A stretch of 45,047 nt of DNA from Saprolegnia diclina VS20 (lineage: Eukaryota), in assembly GCF_000281045.1 (NCBI RefSeq), contig NW_008246085.1, forward strand, positions 146,270 to 191,316, written 5' to 3'. The position numbers and the translations under genes are program-made. The notes beneath the pieces are model-generated. The model was given only the letters and a program-made list of their open reading frames with translations, was not told the DNA's origin and searched no databases. Shown here piece by piece: positions 1 through 11,462 of the stretch. Each line of letters begins with the position of its first letter. Within the stretch, counting starts at the first letter, position 1.

Positions 1-80
1 GAGATGCGGAGTTGGGCTTCAAGCGCCGCAATGCGACGGGCCTCCTTGTCCTGGTGGTACGTTGCGCTGTAGAGAACCAT
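1..80 (-). CDS. 5' end (partial, runs off the window) of a paralog of the coiled-coil gene at 12312-13412
   Basis: Positions 1-84 are the reverse complement of 12308-12391 with one mismatch; ATG at 80-78 gives MVLYSATYHQDKEARRIAALEAQLRI. Confidence 0.85.
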   Translation of the reverse strand, partial: MVLYSATYHQDKEARRIAALEAQLRI

Positions 81-209
81 GTTGCTTCGATCGATAAATG
101 GAAATGCGATGTAGAACGCTTCTTCTATCTCGATGGTAAAAGCAACAAGCTGCCCTTTACACTGCAAAGGCGGATTATAGTCAGCAAACGATTTTGCAGT
201 TTTCGGGGA

Positions 210-229
210 TTAGGGTAGGGTTAGGGTTA
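210..229 (+). repeat. Short telomere-like repeat tract (TTAGGG TAGGG TTAGGG TTA)
   Basis: Directly visible: ttagggtagggttagggtta. Confidence 0.7.
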
Positions 230-345
230 TCCCATCGAACCCTTGTACATGGCTAGATGGGACGTATTCGCACTACGTGCTCCGTGTCGACTCGACCAAT
301 ACACTCCTACAAACGTGCTGGTGTACATTGCCCTGAAACGAAATG

Positions 346-755
346 CTATAAAGGTGAGAGCCACTCAAATCCTTCCTTACTTGACCAGGCATCATGCAAC
401 ACACAGACAACTAGCGACGCCAAACGCGTGCTGGAACGGTCCTCGGTGACGGTACGTGATCCGACGTCACCATCGCGCGCAGCACATCTTGGATGTCTTT
501 GGCCCACTGGTCCGAGGTGTGCATGCAGCGATGGTTGCCATGAGTGCAGAGGGATCAACTGCGCTGTGGAGAAGCAAAGTCTCAACGCGACAAGAGGCTC
601 GGCGTCATGAAGCACCGTCATGAGCGCGGCGGCTCCAACGTTGTCAAAGTTGCATGCGAAGAACGCGACACGGGCCTTCTCGAGGCAGCGTGCGTCCGGT
701 TGCGGTCGCCAATCGAATCGAATCTCTGGGATCGCAAGATCGCACGCCAGGACCC
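346..755 (-). pseudogene. Possible fragment of an RNI-like leucine-rich-repeat gene
   Basis: Open frame ...LEKARVAFFACNFDNVGAAALMTVLHDAEPLVALRL... resembles an RNI-type LRR unit; no credible start and only about one repeat. Confidence 0.3.
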
Positions 756-1429
756 GGTTTTACTGGGTTTTAGTGTGGTTGAAGGAGTTTAAACACGATT
801 GAACATGTTTTACGCAGCGTACAACCCGTTCCAGCGACCAAAAACCGAACGAAGCCAATAAAACCGAGCGGATGGTGCGGCAAATCGCTTGCCCGGATGT
901 TGCGGTCACATGCGAACAATGCTCAAGCCAAATACCGACTGCAAGGGAGGATACGCCCGAGCGTTGCCTCGCTTGGAGCCGACAAGAAGTCGACAAACTA
1001 GGAACCGGTGGCTTTGCCACGATAACGATGGTCCCAGGAAGCGCGAGGTGGAGCGCAAAACGCCGATGGTTGTCAACGGCAACCCTAGTCGCGGTTGAAG
1101 CTGCCGCCGATCCGGATAGCAACGAAGTGCGATAGAGTAGGACAAGTTGGACTGACGTTCCTCCTCGTCATTTCAGATTTCGAGAACAAGGCGCCACGAA
1201 GAAGAAGAGGACGGCCGACGACGACCCGGCCACGCGACGGCCCGGCCTCGTCGGTCGACATGAAGAGAAAAGACGGACTCCATAGCGAGCACCCGCAGCG
1301 CGAGCTCGACAGAAGGCTCAACAACGTCTAGGAAGACACCCTACGCTGGCGCCAGGTAGCGTCCAATGACGCAGCTCACCATCTCTTATACATGTACGTG
1401 GGGTAGGGTCCGTCCGCGATATAGCACCG

Positions 1430-1740
1430 TTGCGATCAGCGGCAGCCACGCTCTTGGCCGCCGGCGCCATCTGCGCCCGCGCGCTCAATGTCCTCGGCCG
1501 GGTGTACCTCGGTGTCTGCGCCATGGCGAGCGCAGCCTGCGCAGGCGCGGCATACAGCGCCTCGTTCGGCGTCCCGAGCGGTCAAGTCGGCTGGACGATC
1601 GCGGCCGCCCTCGTCGTGGCCCTCGCGGGGCTCGAACCCGCAGCAGTGCGCCGGGCGGGGACGCTTGCCTACGCGGCCATGCTTGGGGCCTCGCTGGGCC
1701 CCACACTGATGTCGATCTACGCCTTGCAACGAGGCAATTC
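1430..1740 (+). pseudogene. Bax inhibitor-1/TMBIM family fragment (about TM1-TM3)
   Basis: VLGRVYLGVCAMASAACAGAA...RAGTLAYAAMLGASLGPTLM matches the BI-1 pattern HLxxVY...AAAGA...G..LGP; truncated where repeat sequence resumes near 1742; very GC-rich. Confidence 0.6.
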
Positions 1741-1741
1741 T

Positions 1742-1833
1742 TTAGTGCACACTTTGTGCATCTTTTAACTCTACAACAGATAATAAGACTTTGTCTTTCA
1801 GAATTTTGTGTTTACATGCATCGCGCTGGAAGA
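1742..1833 (-). repeat. Second homologous block of the inverted repeat (matches rc of 10554-10656)
   Basis: tgcacactttgtgcatcttttaactctacaacagataataagactt...tttacatgcatcgcgctggaaga is present as the reverse complement at 10554-10656 with a small indel. Confidence 0.9.
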
Positions 1834-2081
1834 TGCACCCAATCCACGGCTTTGTCATTTGGATTATTTGCAGTTGACACCAACGTCACGCGCATGAAGG
1901 AGTGCTGGACGCTTGCATGCGAAGCATGGCGAAGGTAGAACCAGGGGAAATTAGTGCATGATCTTCCTTGGTGGATTGGACCTGATTGTCCGAGCTGAGG
2001 GTCCTGGGGAAATGGGTTGCACGCGATCTTTTTTTGCATTTTAACCAATCAAACGCATTCGACAAACAGCGAGCGATTGTC

Positions 2082-3634
2082 ATGACCACGCACAGCCGCG
2101 TCCTGCCGGGCGACCATGAAGGCGATCACCGAAGCGCGCCTGCGAGCCTCGTCGTGCAAGGACGACCAGCAGCGTCGGCTTCTGCCGACGAACGCACAGT
2201 CGTCGCGCTCGAGCATGAGGCCACAGGGCTCCGCGACGAGATCGCACAGCCGCAAGGCCAGATGCGGCGGTCGGCAACCACGATCGATGAGCTTCGGGGC
2301 GTTCGCAACAAGATCGAGGTCGACATGGGCGCGCTGGCCAACGAGAATGCGATGCTCAAGAGACAGCTGCACGACGCGCGTGGCAAGGCTGCCGCGTACG
2401 CCGACATGCAGGCGCGTCTCGAGACCGCGCACGGCGTCACGGTTCAGCAGCTCGACGCGACGGTAGCGCGACACGTCACGACGATCCAAGAGCTTCGTCA
2501 ACGCATTGCCGGCGACAACACGGCAGCCGAGCGCCTCAGCACGGCAAACACTCGGATCGATGCGCTCTCAGACCAGCTCGAGACAGGCCGCGCGTGCCTG
2601 ACGTACCGCACGAACCAAGCACGGTCGCTCGCACGTCACCTCGATCACGAGCAGTCATCGAGAGGCGCCGAGAGCGACGCGCTTCGTCGATTGAAGAACG
2701 TCGTCCTGTCACTGCAACGTGTCATTGTAGGTCCTATGGACCTCCGACGTCTCGTGCTCCGGCCACTTGCGACGTCCGTGGGCCTTGCAAACCTTGGACA
2801 CACGAGCTACGCCAACGCCGTCCTCTTCGCGCTCGCACACACTCGCTTCTGCGACGAACTCTCGGCTGCGTCAGGCGATGCATTTACGACATCGGTCGCC
2901 GAGCTCCTCGTGGCGATCCGCAACGGCGACGCGTCATTCTTCCACGCCACGCACCCGGCGCTCGCGAACCATCTCGGTCGGTCCGCCGAAGACGCGTACG
3001 ACTATATGCGCTGACTCCTCGATCACCTCGCGTCGACGAGAGCACCCAGCACGAACTTTGGCGCTCAGCTGGCGCCTGTATGCGTGCGCTGCGGACATGA
3101 ACCGGTGACGTCTCTCTCGGTCAGCGTCGACCTCGAGCCGTCGCTCGCTGCGGCGCTCAAGTAGGTGACCAGCACGACGCTGTGGCAACGAGCACGCCCA
3201 TGCGCTGCGCGCCATGCTTGTGACCACGCCGCATGTGCTCGCATGTGAAGCGCTTTAGCGACGATCGCACGCAAAAACGTCGCGCCATGGTCAACAACCT
3301 CCACCTGACGCTCCACGAGGCGACGTACACGCTTGTGGCGCTCGTCGCGCACGAGGAAGCGGACGACGACGGGCACTACGTCGCCTATGTTCGCCTTCGG
3401 CGCGGCGGGGCCTTTACCAAGATGAAGGACAACGAGACGCCCGTGCGCGTGCCGCCGTTTAATGTGCAAGTGCTGGAAGCCCATTTGCTCTGGTACGAAA
3501 AGACTGAGCACTATGCCGAGATGCGGCGCGATGACAGCAGCAACAGCAACGACAACAACGACGATCAAGCGACCCGAGGCAAACGACCTGCTTCGATCAC
3601 GCCAGCAGCCAGAAAGACCCAGCGTACGGCGTAG
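2082..3634 (+). pseudogene. Coiled-coil plus ubiquitin-specific protease (peptidase C19/UCH) pseudogene
   Basis: Cys box GLANLGHTSYANAVLFAL (Cys>Ser); AEDAYDYMR*LLDHL with in-frame TGA at 3012-3014; CVRC; second stop near 3161; frameshift within PHVL/HVKRFS; His box YTLVALVAHE...GHYVAYVR...KDNE. Confidence 0.8.
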
Positions 3635-4871
3635 GCGTCTTGCGACGCGTCGATGTTTGTGTGAGCGCTCGACACGATGTGCTGCGTGGACACCAACGCC
3701 TTGTTTATGGTGTTTATCTCCGCACCTCGAGAGTCGTCATGGTGGAGGATCGAGGTCGTCACTGTCGAGTGCAACGCAGCGATACAGAGATGCAACTTGG
3801 ACGATGACGAGCCGAGAAGCACGAGTCGGAGGCACTGCGCTGTGCCAATAGCGTCGATCGGAATCGAGACGATCTTGCCCGTGGCGTCGACGACCAGGCT
3901 TGCTTCGACGAGGCTCAAGCCGTGCAAGAAGCCACCGACAAGACCGCTTTTGAACGCCTCGGACGGCGGCGCCAGGGCCGTGACCATGTCACGCCTTGGG
4001 TGCTCGGTATAGACGAGCACCTTCAAGGTAGGGAACGTCTGAGTAGAAAAGGAGGTCCAATAGAAGCCATCGGGAAGAACGAGACCGTACCTCTGCAAGC
4101 GCACGAGGCGTCAAGGTGCCACTGCTCGGGCCTAAGAGATGGTCTCCTGGCTGTGGGTTGGGACCGGCTGTGTGCTCTGTCTGGCGCGAGTCTGGCGCTG
4201 GATCACGAGAGACCTCAAGTGAAACGGGCATGCTGAGCTCTTCGTTGGTGACGGCGTCGCTGGCATCGCTCTGACAAGGCAGTGGTGACGCTGGAGCCGA
4301 GGCGGGAGACCAAGACCCAACGTCAAACCCTGGAGATGAGCTCGGCGAGGGGCTCCCCCGTCTCGAGGAGAGCGGGAGCTATCGTGACTGAGACTCGCGT
4401 GCATCGATGGTGCTGTCGCGACGCCCGAGCCGGCAGTGGCGACGCTGCTGCATCGTCGAAGGGCAAAGGGAGCGGTAAAGCCGGGCCAAGCCCACTGCTC
4501 GTGGGCGGTGCGGCAACGGCGTCTCGTCTTGCGGGTGGCAGGCGCACTCGCTTCGCCAGACCCTGTTCCGTGGTGTATTTCTGCTTTGTCTGGCTGATCC
4601 TAGTCGCACGTTGTTGGCGTTGCACCCTAGTGGGCCGTCCGTGGAGTGGCAAGGCGTTGCCGTGCGCAATGAGCATCGTGGCGAGCGCACGGTGCGCGTC
4701 CGTCCCTGCACTTGCTGGCGCATAAGTCCAGTCGTCGGTCTGCATGCTGGCAACGACATGGGTAACGTTGGGCCGCGTGCTCAGGTCTTTAAACTCCGAG
4801 CCAAAGACGCTGTAGAGCCGGCGAGTGACCTCCTTGTGGGGCGTGTCCTCCTTCGGTTGCTTCGGTATCAT
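3565..4871 (-). pseudogene. Degraded hypothetical gene (two coding-like ORF pieces, 4323-4871 and 3565-4104)
   Basis: ATG at 4871 just downstream of a CCAAT pair; protein-like pieces interrupted by stops; no domain recognised. Confidence 0.35.
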
Positions 4872-4928
4872 TGCACGTTCGAATGATTTACACGCTTCGC
4901 ACCTTCATTTTACACGCCGGAAAAAAGA

Positions 4929-4963
4929 CCAATCACGAGCGATCAAGCGTAATTTCAGCCAAT
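4929..4963. promoter_or_regulatory. Paired CCAAT boxes in a divergent promoter
   Basis: CCAAT at 4929 and 4959, between divergent ATGs at 4871(-) and 5025(+). Confidence 0.5.
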
Positions 4964-5024
4964 GAAAACGACGCTGTATTATGTTGAAGATCGCATTTGG
5001 ATATTTGCCGCCTTGGGCCTCGAC

Positions 5025-5618
5025 ATGGCCGATCGCGCAACGAGCCAGGCGCGCCAGCAGGTACGCAAGCATACGCAAACTCGACGACGACGATCCGACG
5101 GTGGTACTAGCCGGACTCTTCCGCGGCTGCGCAGCAGCACCAGCCCCACGCCGCCTCACCACCCGCGCAGGTACCCACCGACGACTGCCCGTCGCGGAGC
5201 AGGACGCGTCCACGACGACCTTGCGCCGTGCTGGGCGCGAAACGGACGACAGCGACGACGAAGATGGCGACGACAACCCGCGCCCGACGAAGCGCTGCCT
5301 CCGCAGCGATGGTCCTGCGGAGGAGTCGCTGCCTCTCCGGCCGCAGCGGCTGACCCTCCAGCGGCGGGGGCAGGCGACCGACGAGGAGCGACAAGCAGCC
5401 GCCGAATTAAGAGCGCAAAAGGCCCTGGTACGTCCAAGACGCACCTCGATGTATCTTTTACACTTGCGCAGAACAGCACGATACGCAAGAAGATCCGCTG
5501 TCTTGAGCGCCGCCAAGTCCTCCAAACGCCGAGCGCGGTACGTGTAGTTTGCCTCGTTCTCGACTTAATGGCTTGTTAGGAGAGACCGGCTATGCGTGAC
5601 TACCACATGACGTGGTAA
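5025..5618 (+). CDS. Hypothetical spliced low-complexity protein
   Basis: Phase-consistent GT-AG introns 5061-5110, 5171-5202, 5428-5471 and 5538-5579 give MADRATSQARQQ...DDSDDEDGDDNPRPTKR...YHMTW*. Confidence 0.5.
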
Positions 5619-5998
5619 GCGACGGCCGAGATGTTGCCGTCCATCCTCAAGCCCATTGTGTGGTCGCTGGCGGCGTCACCAGAGCATATGTACGTGCCGT
5701 ACATCTGGCAATCGGTGCAAATGTTGTTCGCGGGCAGCCAGTCGCGGGCGCAGTCGGCGTGGACCTTGTGGAGACAGGGCAAGATCATGACGCTTTGCCC
5801 GGCCTCCAACGCTTTCTGGCATTGCAAGCAATTGGACAAGCATACCGAGTGAGTGCATCCAGTGGCAGAATAGTACGCTGGTTGTCGACTTTGTATCTTC
5901 TTCAACGGGCGCATGCAGTCTCGAAATAGCGCACGAGGTCGCGACACGTCAGACGATCCATGAGCGTCGTCAACGCACGGCCGATGCCAACAAACCAT
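5600..5998 (-). CDS. RING-H2 zinc-finger protein (5' boundary uncertain, possibly a fragment)
   Basis: CLQC...LPCLHKVHADCARDWL...CTDC is a C3H2C3 RING with the conserved Trp. Confidence 0.65.
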   Translation of the reverse strand: MVCWHRPCVDDAHGSSDVSRPRALFRDCMRPLKKIQSRQPAYYSATGCTHSVCLSNCLQCQKALEAGQSVMILPCLHKVHADCARDWLPANNICTDCQMYGTYICSGDAASDHTMGLRMDGNISAVAYHVMW

Positions 5999-6215
5999 CC
6001 CGTCAGAGAGCGACCGAGCACCTCTCTTAGCAGCTCGTAGCCGCCGGGAATCATACCACGGGTGCCTGATGCACAGCGCTGTCGCCTCGACCGTACGCCG
6101 TCATCGAGCGGCGCTAAGAATGACGCGTTGACTACTGTACTATCCAGGATACAGCTGCTCGAATGCGCATCCAGCAGGCAGGCAATGGACATGGTATTCT
6201 TCAGTTGTGTTGCGA

Positions 6216-7776
6216 TTACGCGGCCTTGGTAAACGTGTACATGCAGTACGTGTCGCTCATTTCGTTGAAATGCAAGTCAAAGAGGTCGGCGTTCGTGCCC
6301 ACGAGCGGGTTGGTCTTGAGCGCGTCGGGGACGATGGCCATGCTGACGCGGAACCCGCGGGTTTCCATCGCCTCCTTGAATTCGACGAGCGAGTCGCGCG
6401 CTTGGGACGCCACGTGGAGGAAGCGGCCGCCGGGCGCCAATACCGCGTCGACGACCTGCGCGAGGATCGGGACAATGTCCTTGTGGTACACAAGGTCCGA
6501 GCCCAAGATCACGTCAAAGGTCTCGCTGCCGTACGTCTCGGGCTTGGCCCAGTCGACGGCCCGGACGATCAGTGTCGTCGGCGCCGCGTTCGCCTTTTGC
6601 GCCAGGAGCTCCTTGCACACGCCCTTGTGCTGCTTCCACGCAGCCTTTTGGCAGTCGCGCGAGCAGTACGCGACGCAGCGGCACCGGCCGCAGAGCATGA
6701 GCTTCCCTTCCGGGTTGTCGGCCGTGAAGCGCTGGAGCGTGCCGCACTCGGCGCACCCGAGCGCCTCGGGCGACGTCTCGGCGATCGCGGCCTTGGTCGG
6801 CTTGTTGAGCTTGGCGTTGTGGTCGAGGTTGGCGACCGTGTGGTGGTACAGGTCCGTGAGCACGACCGACGCCGCCGAGGTGTAGAGGTAGCACGCGAGA
6901 CCGCTCACGCCGCAGCCAGCGCCGAGCTCGCACACGCGCTTGTTGGCAAAAGACGCTGCGTCTTGGAGGACCCAGCGACTCAGAATGAGCGACGCCGACC
7001 AGATGGAAACGCCCGTGATGTCTTCGTCTGCGCTCGAGCCAAACGCCGACTTGTCCATGTCCAGCGCCTAGATTGCATAAGGTATCATGCAATAGCATCG
7101 CTTGCGTACGAGTTCGCGCGCTTTGAGTGCAGGCAACGTCGCGTCAAAGGCAAACTCGAGCGTGGTTTCCTGCAGCACGCGCGGCTGCTTCTTCGTCTCT
7201 GCCTCGCCGGCCACGTCTTCGTCATCGTCTTCAAGCGTGAGCTTGGCCGCGCCGTTGGCCAAGTCTGCGTTGTTGGCCAAGCGCTCTTCGGTCGCCGACT
7301 TGTGCTCGAGGAGGAGCGCAACTAGTCAATGTGAGTTTAGCGCCAGACGAAACCAATGGAGATATACCAATGTCGGTGTTTTCGCTCTGGAAGGCTTCCG
7401 TGACGCAGCCGCGGCCAAAGGCGTTCTGCGCGAGAACGTCAATGTCGGGGTACGCTGTAATGAGGAGTTTGACGACTTCAATGTGCTTGTTTTGCACAGC
7501 CCAGTCTACACACACCGTCAACATCGCACCGAACAACACAAGCGTACGCAGCGGCGAGTTGCCGTTCAAGTTTGGCAAGAGGCGCGGGTGCTTGGCGAGA
7601 AGCACCTTGACGCAGCCGATGTGGCCGTTGGCGCACGCCATGTGCAGCGCCGTGTTGCCCGAGTACTCATCTTGGTAGTTGAGGTCGTCGGCGCTAATGC
7701 TGATGCAGAGCTGCTTGACGTCATCGACGTCGCCGCAGCGCGCCGCCGCAAGAAGGTCCTTCGCCTGCACGCTCAT
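6216..7776 (-). CDS. Fusion protein: Yar1-like ankyrin repeats plus METTL21/Methyltransf_16-type lysine methyltransferase with an inserted MYND zinc finger
   Basis: Four exons joined in frame by introns 7506-7547, 7322-7367 and 7068-7109. Ankyrin motifs GNTALHMACANGH and GNSPLHWA; MTase motifs TGVSIWSAS, VCELGAGCG, VVLTD, DW, FDVILGSDLVY; MYND CAEC...CGRC..VAYCSRDCQKAAWKQHKGVC. Confidence 0.85.
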
Positions 7777-7814
7777 CTTGCTTCAGTCCAGCGGAAAATG
7801 ACCACTCTGTGATG

Positions 7815-7863
7815 ATTGGCTTATGGGCAATACCGCCTCTGATTGGTTGAAAAACTGACCAAT
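7815..7863. promoter_or_regulatory. CCAAT-box cluster upstream of the ankyrin-MTase gene, in the region shared with the divergent AGC kinase
   Basis: ATTGG at 7815 and 7842; CCAAT at 7859. Confidence 0.5.
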
Positions 7864-8430
7864 CCGAGGCTGGTGCGGCGCCGATCTTTGCCAAGCAGCC
7901 TTGGCAGACGAGACGACGTGCGTGCGCGGCGAGGACCTTCCACATGAAGCGGCGCAAGACGCTGCTGTGCAGCTCGTGTTCGAGCGATTTGGTAGCTATT
8001 TTCCAGCTATTTTTATATGGTCGTTAATATAGGAACCCTTGTCCGCGCAGAAAGGACAGACGCAGGGTACTGGGCCGCGCGCTCTCGCTCGTGCCACGGC
8101 TCTACGTCGGCATCGTCGCAGCGCGCTGTGCGTAATGTGCGCACGCGCGTTACGTTGCCGAATATATATGGACAGTTATAACGAGAAGGTCGCTGTGATA
8201 ACATCGTGTAACACCATCGTCAGGCCAAGGGGCTCTTTATCCGGTGGGTTCGGATAAAAAGCGCACCACTTTTTGTGACCTGCACCAGGTGTGTTACGGC
8301 GCTGTCTCATCTGAGCAGCCAATGGGCGGCGGCGTACACGTTCGATCCAAGGTGCGTAATGTTGGCTCACCGAATCGGGTGCGCTTCTCCGAGACCGCCG
8401 CCCGACTTCACAATTACAAACTCGAGCAAC

Positions 8431-10037
<1,607 letters not shown>

Positions 10038-10377
10038 ATACCGCGATGTGGCGCCGCGTTGGCGGTCTAGAAGGCGACGCGCGCCCAACGTTTGCATGTT
10101 TTGTTGAATCCAAATCCTCCTCATTCGATACACTTGTGTGGTTTTTCGATAAACAGTTCTACTAGCATGATAGCTGCGGGAGTGTACTTTGGCTTCTAAA
10201 TTTGAGAAGTTGTGAAGTCGCAAACCTGTGTGCGTTTGTCGGTGGAAGCCGGTGCTGCTATGCAGGCAAGGTCAGTGATCGCCTTCATGGTCGCCGGGTG
10301 CTGTGCTTGGTAACCTCTCTACGTTGCGTTTGATGGGCAAAATATGAAAAAGATCCCGAGCAGCTCGACGTCGCATA

Positions 10378-10417
10378 CCAAGTCCATTCTACCTTCTCCA
10401 AGTCCATTCTACCTTCT
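10378..10417 (+). repeat. Short tandem duplication (ccaagtccattctaccttct twice)
   Basis: Directly visible, 20-nt period. Confidence 0.8.
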
Positions 10418-10839
10418 ACATGCTTCGCTCGAGCACAAAGTCATTCGGTCCTCCCCACTTGCTCGTACGCCTCGGAAGCAAGCCAGAGTCTCGGCTGGAA
10501 AGCGCAACACGTTGTTGGTTCTCGGATGAAAGTGCTCGACTTGGAGTCGCATCTCTTCCAGCGCGATGCATGTAAACACTAAACTAACACAAAATTTTGA
10601 AAGACTTAAGTCTTATTATCTGTTGTAGAGTTAAAAGATGCACAAAGTGTGCATTAAGGAGAACAACGCCGACCATCGCGCTTGTCGCAGGCGAAAGACC
10701 TGGTCCTCGATGGGCCGAGCAGTCGCCGGGTCGATGAGGTAGATATACCCCCCTACCCCACAGTCCCAAAACACCTCTGACGGGGCTTCGAAGCCCCCGT
10801 TGATGATAGGGTGCTCAGTCAGGAGCCACGCAGGCGCAA

Positions 10840-11018
10840 CGACCTATGATGAGCCATCCTGAGGCAACAGATCAAGAGTTGAAAATGGATACCTCTGGCG
10901 TCGCCATCGGTGCCAGCGTGGCGAAGCGGGCGGAGACCGTCGGCGACGCTGGCGCTGCGACCTAAGACGAGCCATCCTGAGGCAACAGATCATGAGTCGA
11001 AATACCATACCTTTGACG
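10840..11018 (+). repeat. Imperfect direct repeat, ~60-nt unit with ~118-nt period (core gagccatcctgaggcaacagatca)
   Basis: The 24-nt core occurs twice, near 10851 and 10969, with similar flanks. Confidence 0.8.
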
Positions 11019-11462
11019 ACGTGGCGCTCTCGCACTGTTGAGCTGCATCTGCGAGTTTGGCGTGCGACATGGTCGGGACCTACATCAAGCATGAAGGCGT
11101 GAGAAACGGCGAGCTGCGTCGTTGGACGCTACCTGGCGCCAGCGTAGGGTGTCTTCCTAGACGTTTTGAGCCTTCTGTCGAGCTCGCGCTGCGGGTGCTC
11201 GCTATGGAGTCCGTCTTTTCTCTTCATGTCGACCGACGAGGCCGGGCCGTCGCGTGGCCGGGTCGTCGTCGGCCGTCCTCTTCTTCTTCGTGGCGCCTTG
11301 TTCTCGAAATCTGAAATGACGAGGAGGAACGTCAGTCCAACTAGGACTACTCTATCGCACTTCGTTGCTATCCGGATCGGCGGCAGCTTCAACCGCGACT
11401 AGGGTTGCCGTTGACAACCATCGGCGTTTTGCGCTCCACCTCGCGCTTCCTGGGACCATCGT

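Larger units (their letters stand above)
1..1387 (-). repeat. Repeat copy A, inverted relative to copy B at 11101-12391
   Basis: 1-84 matches rc(12308-12391) and 1025-1387 matches rc(11101-11462) with few differences; 85-1024 (940 nt) lies opposite the 845-N gap. Confidence 0.9.

Noticed and set aside
872..1331. Short ORFs inside the repeat as a possible transposase
   Set aside because: No DDE, HUH, RT or tyrosine-recombinase motif recognisable; frames are interrupted.
6207..7325. 372-aa + strand ORF, and similar long ORFs at 13535, 16119, 33679, 37317 and 43225
   Set aside because: Antisense shadows of real GC3-rich genes on the opposite strand.
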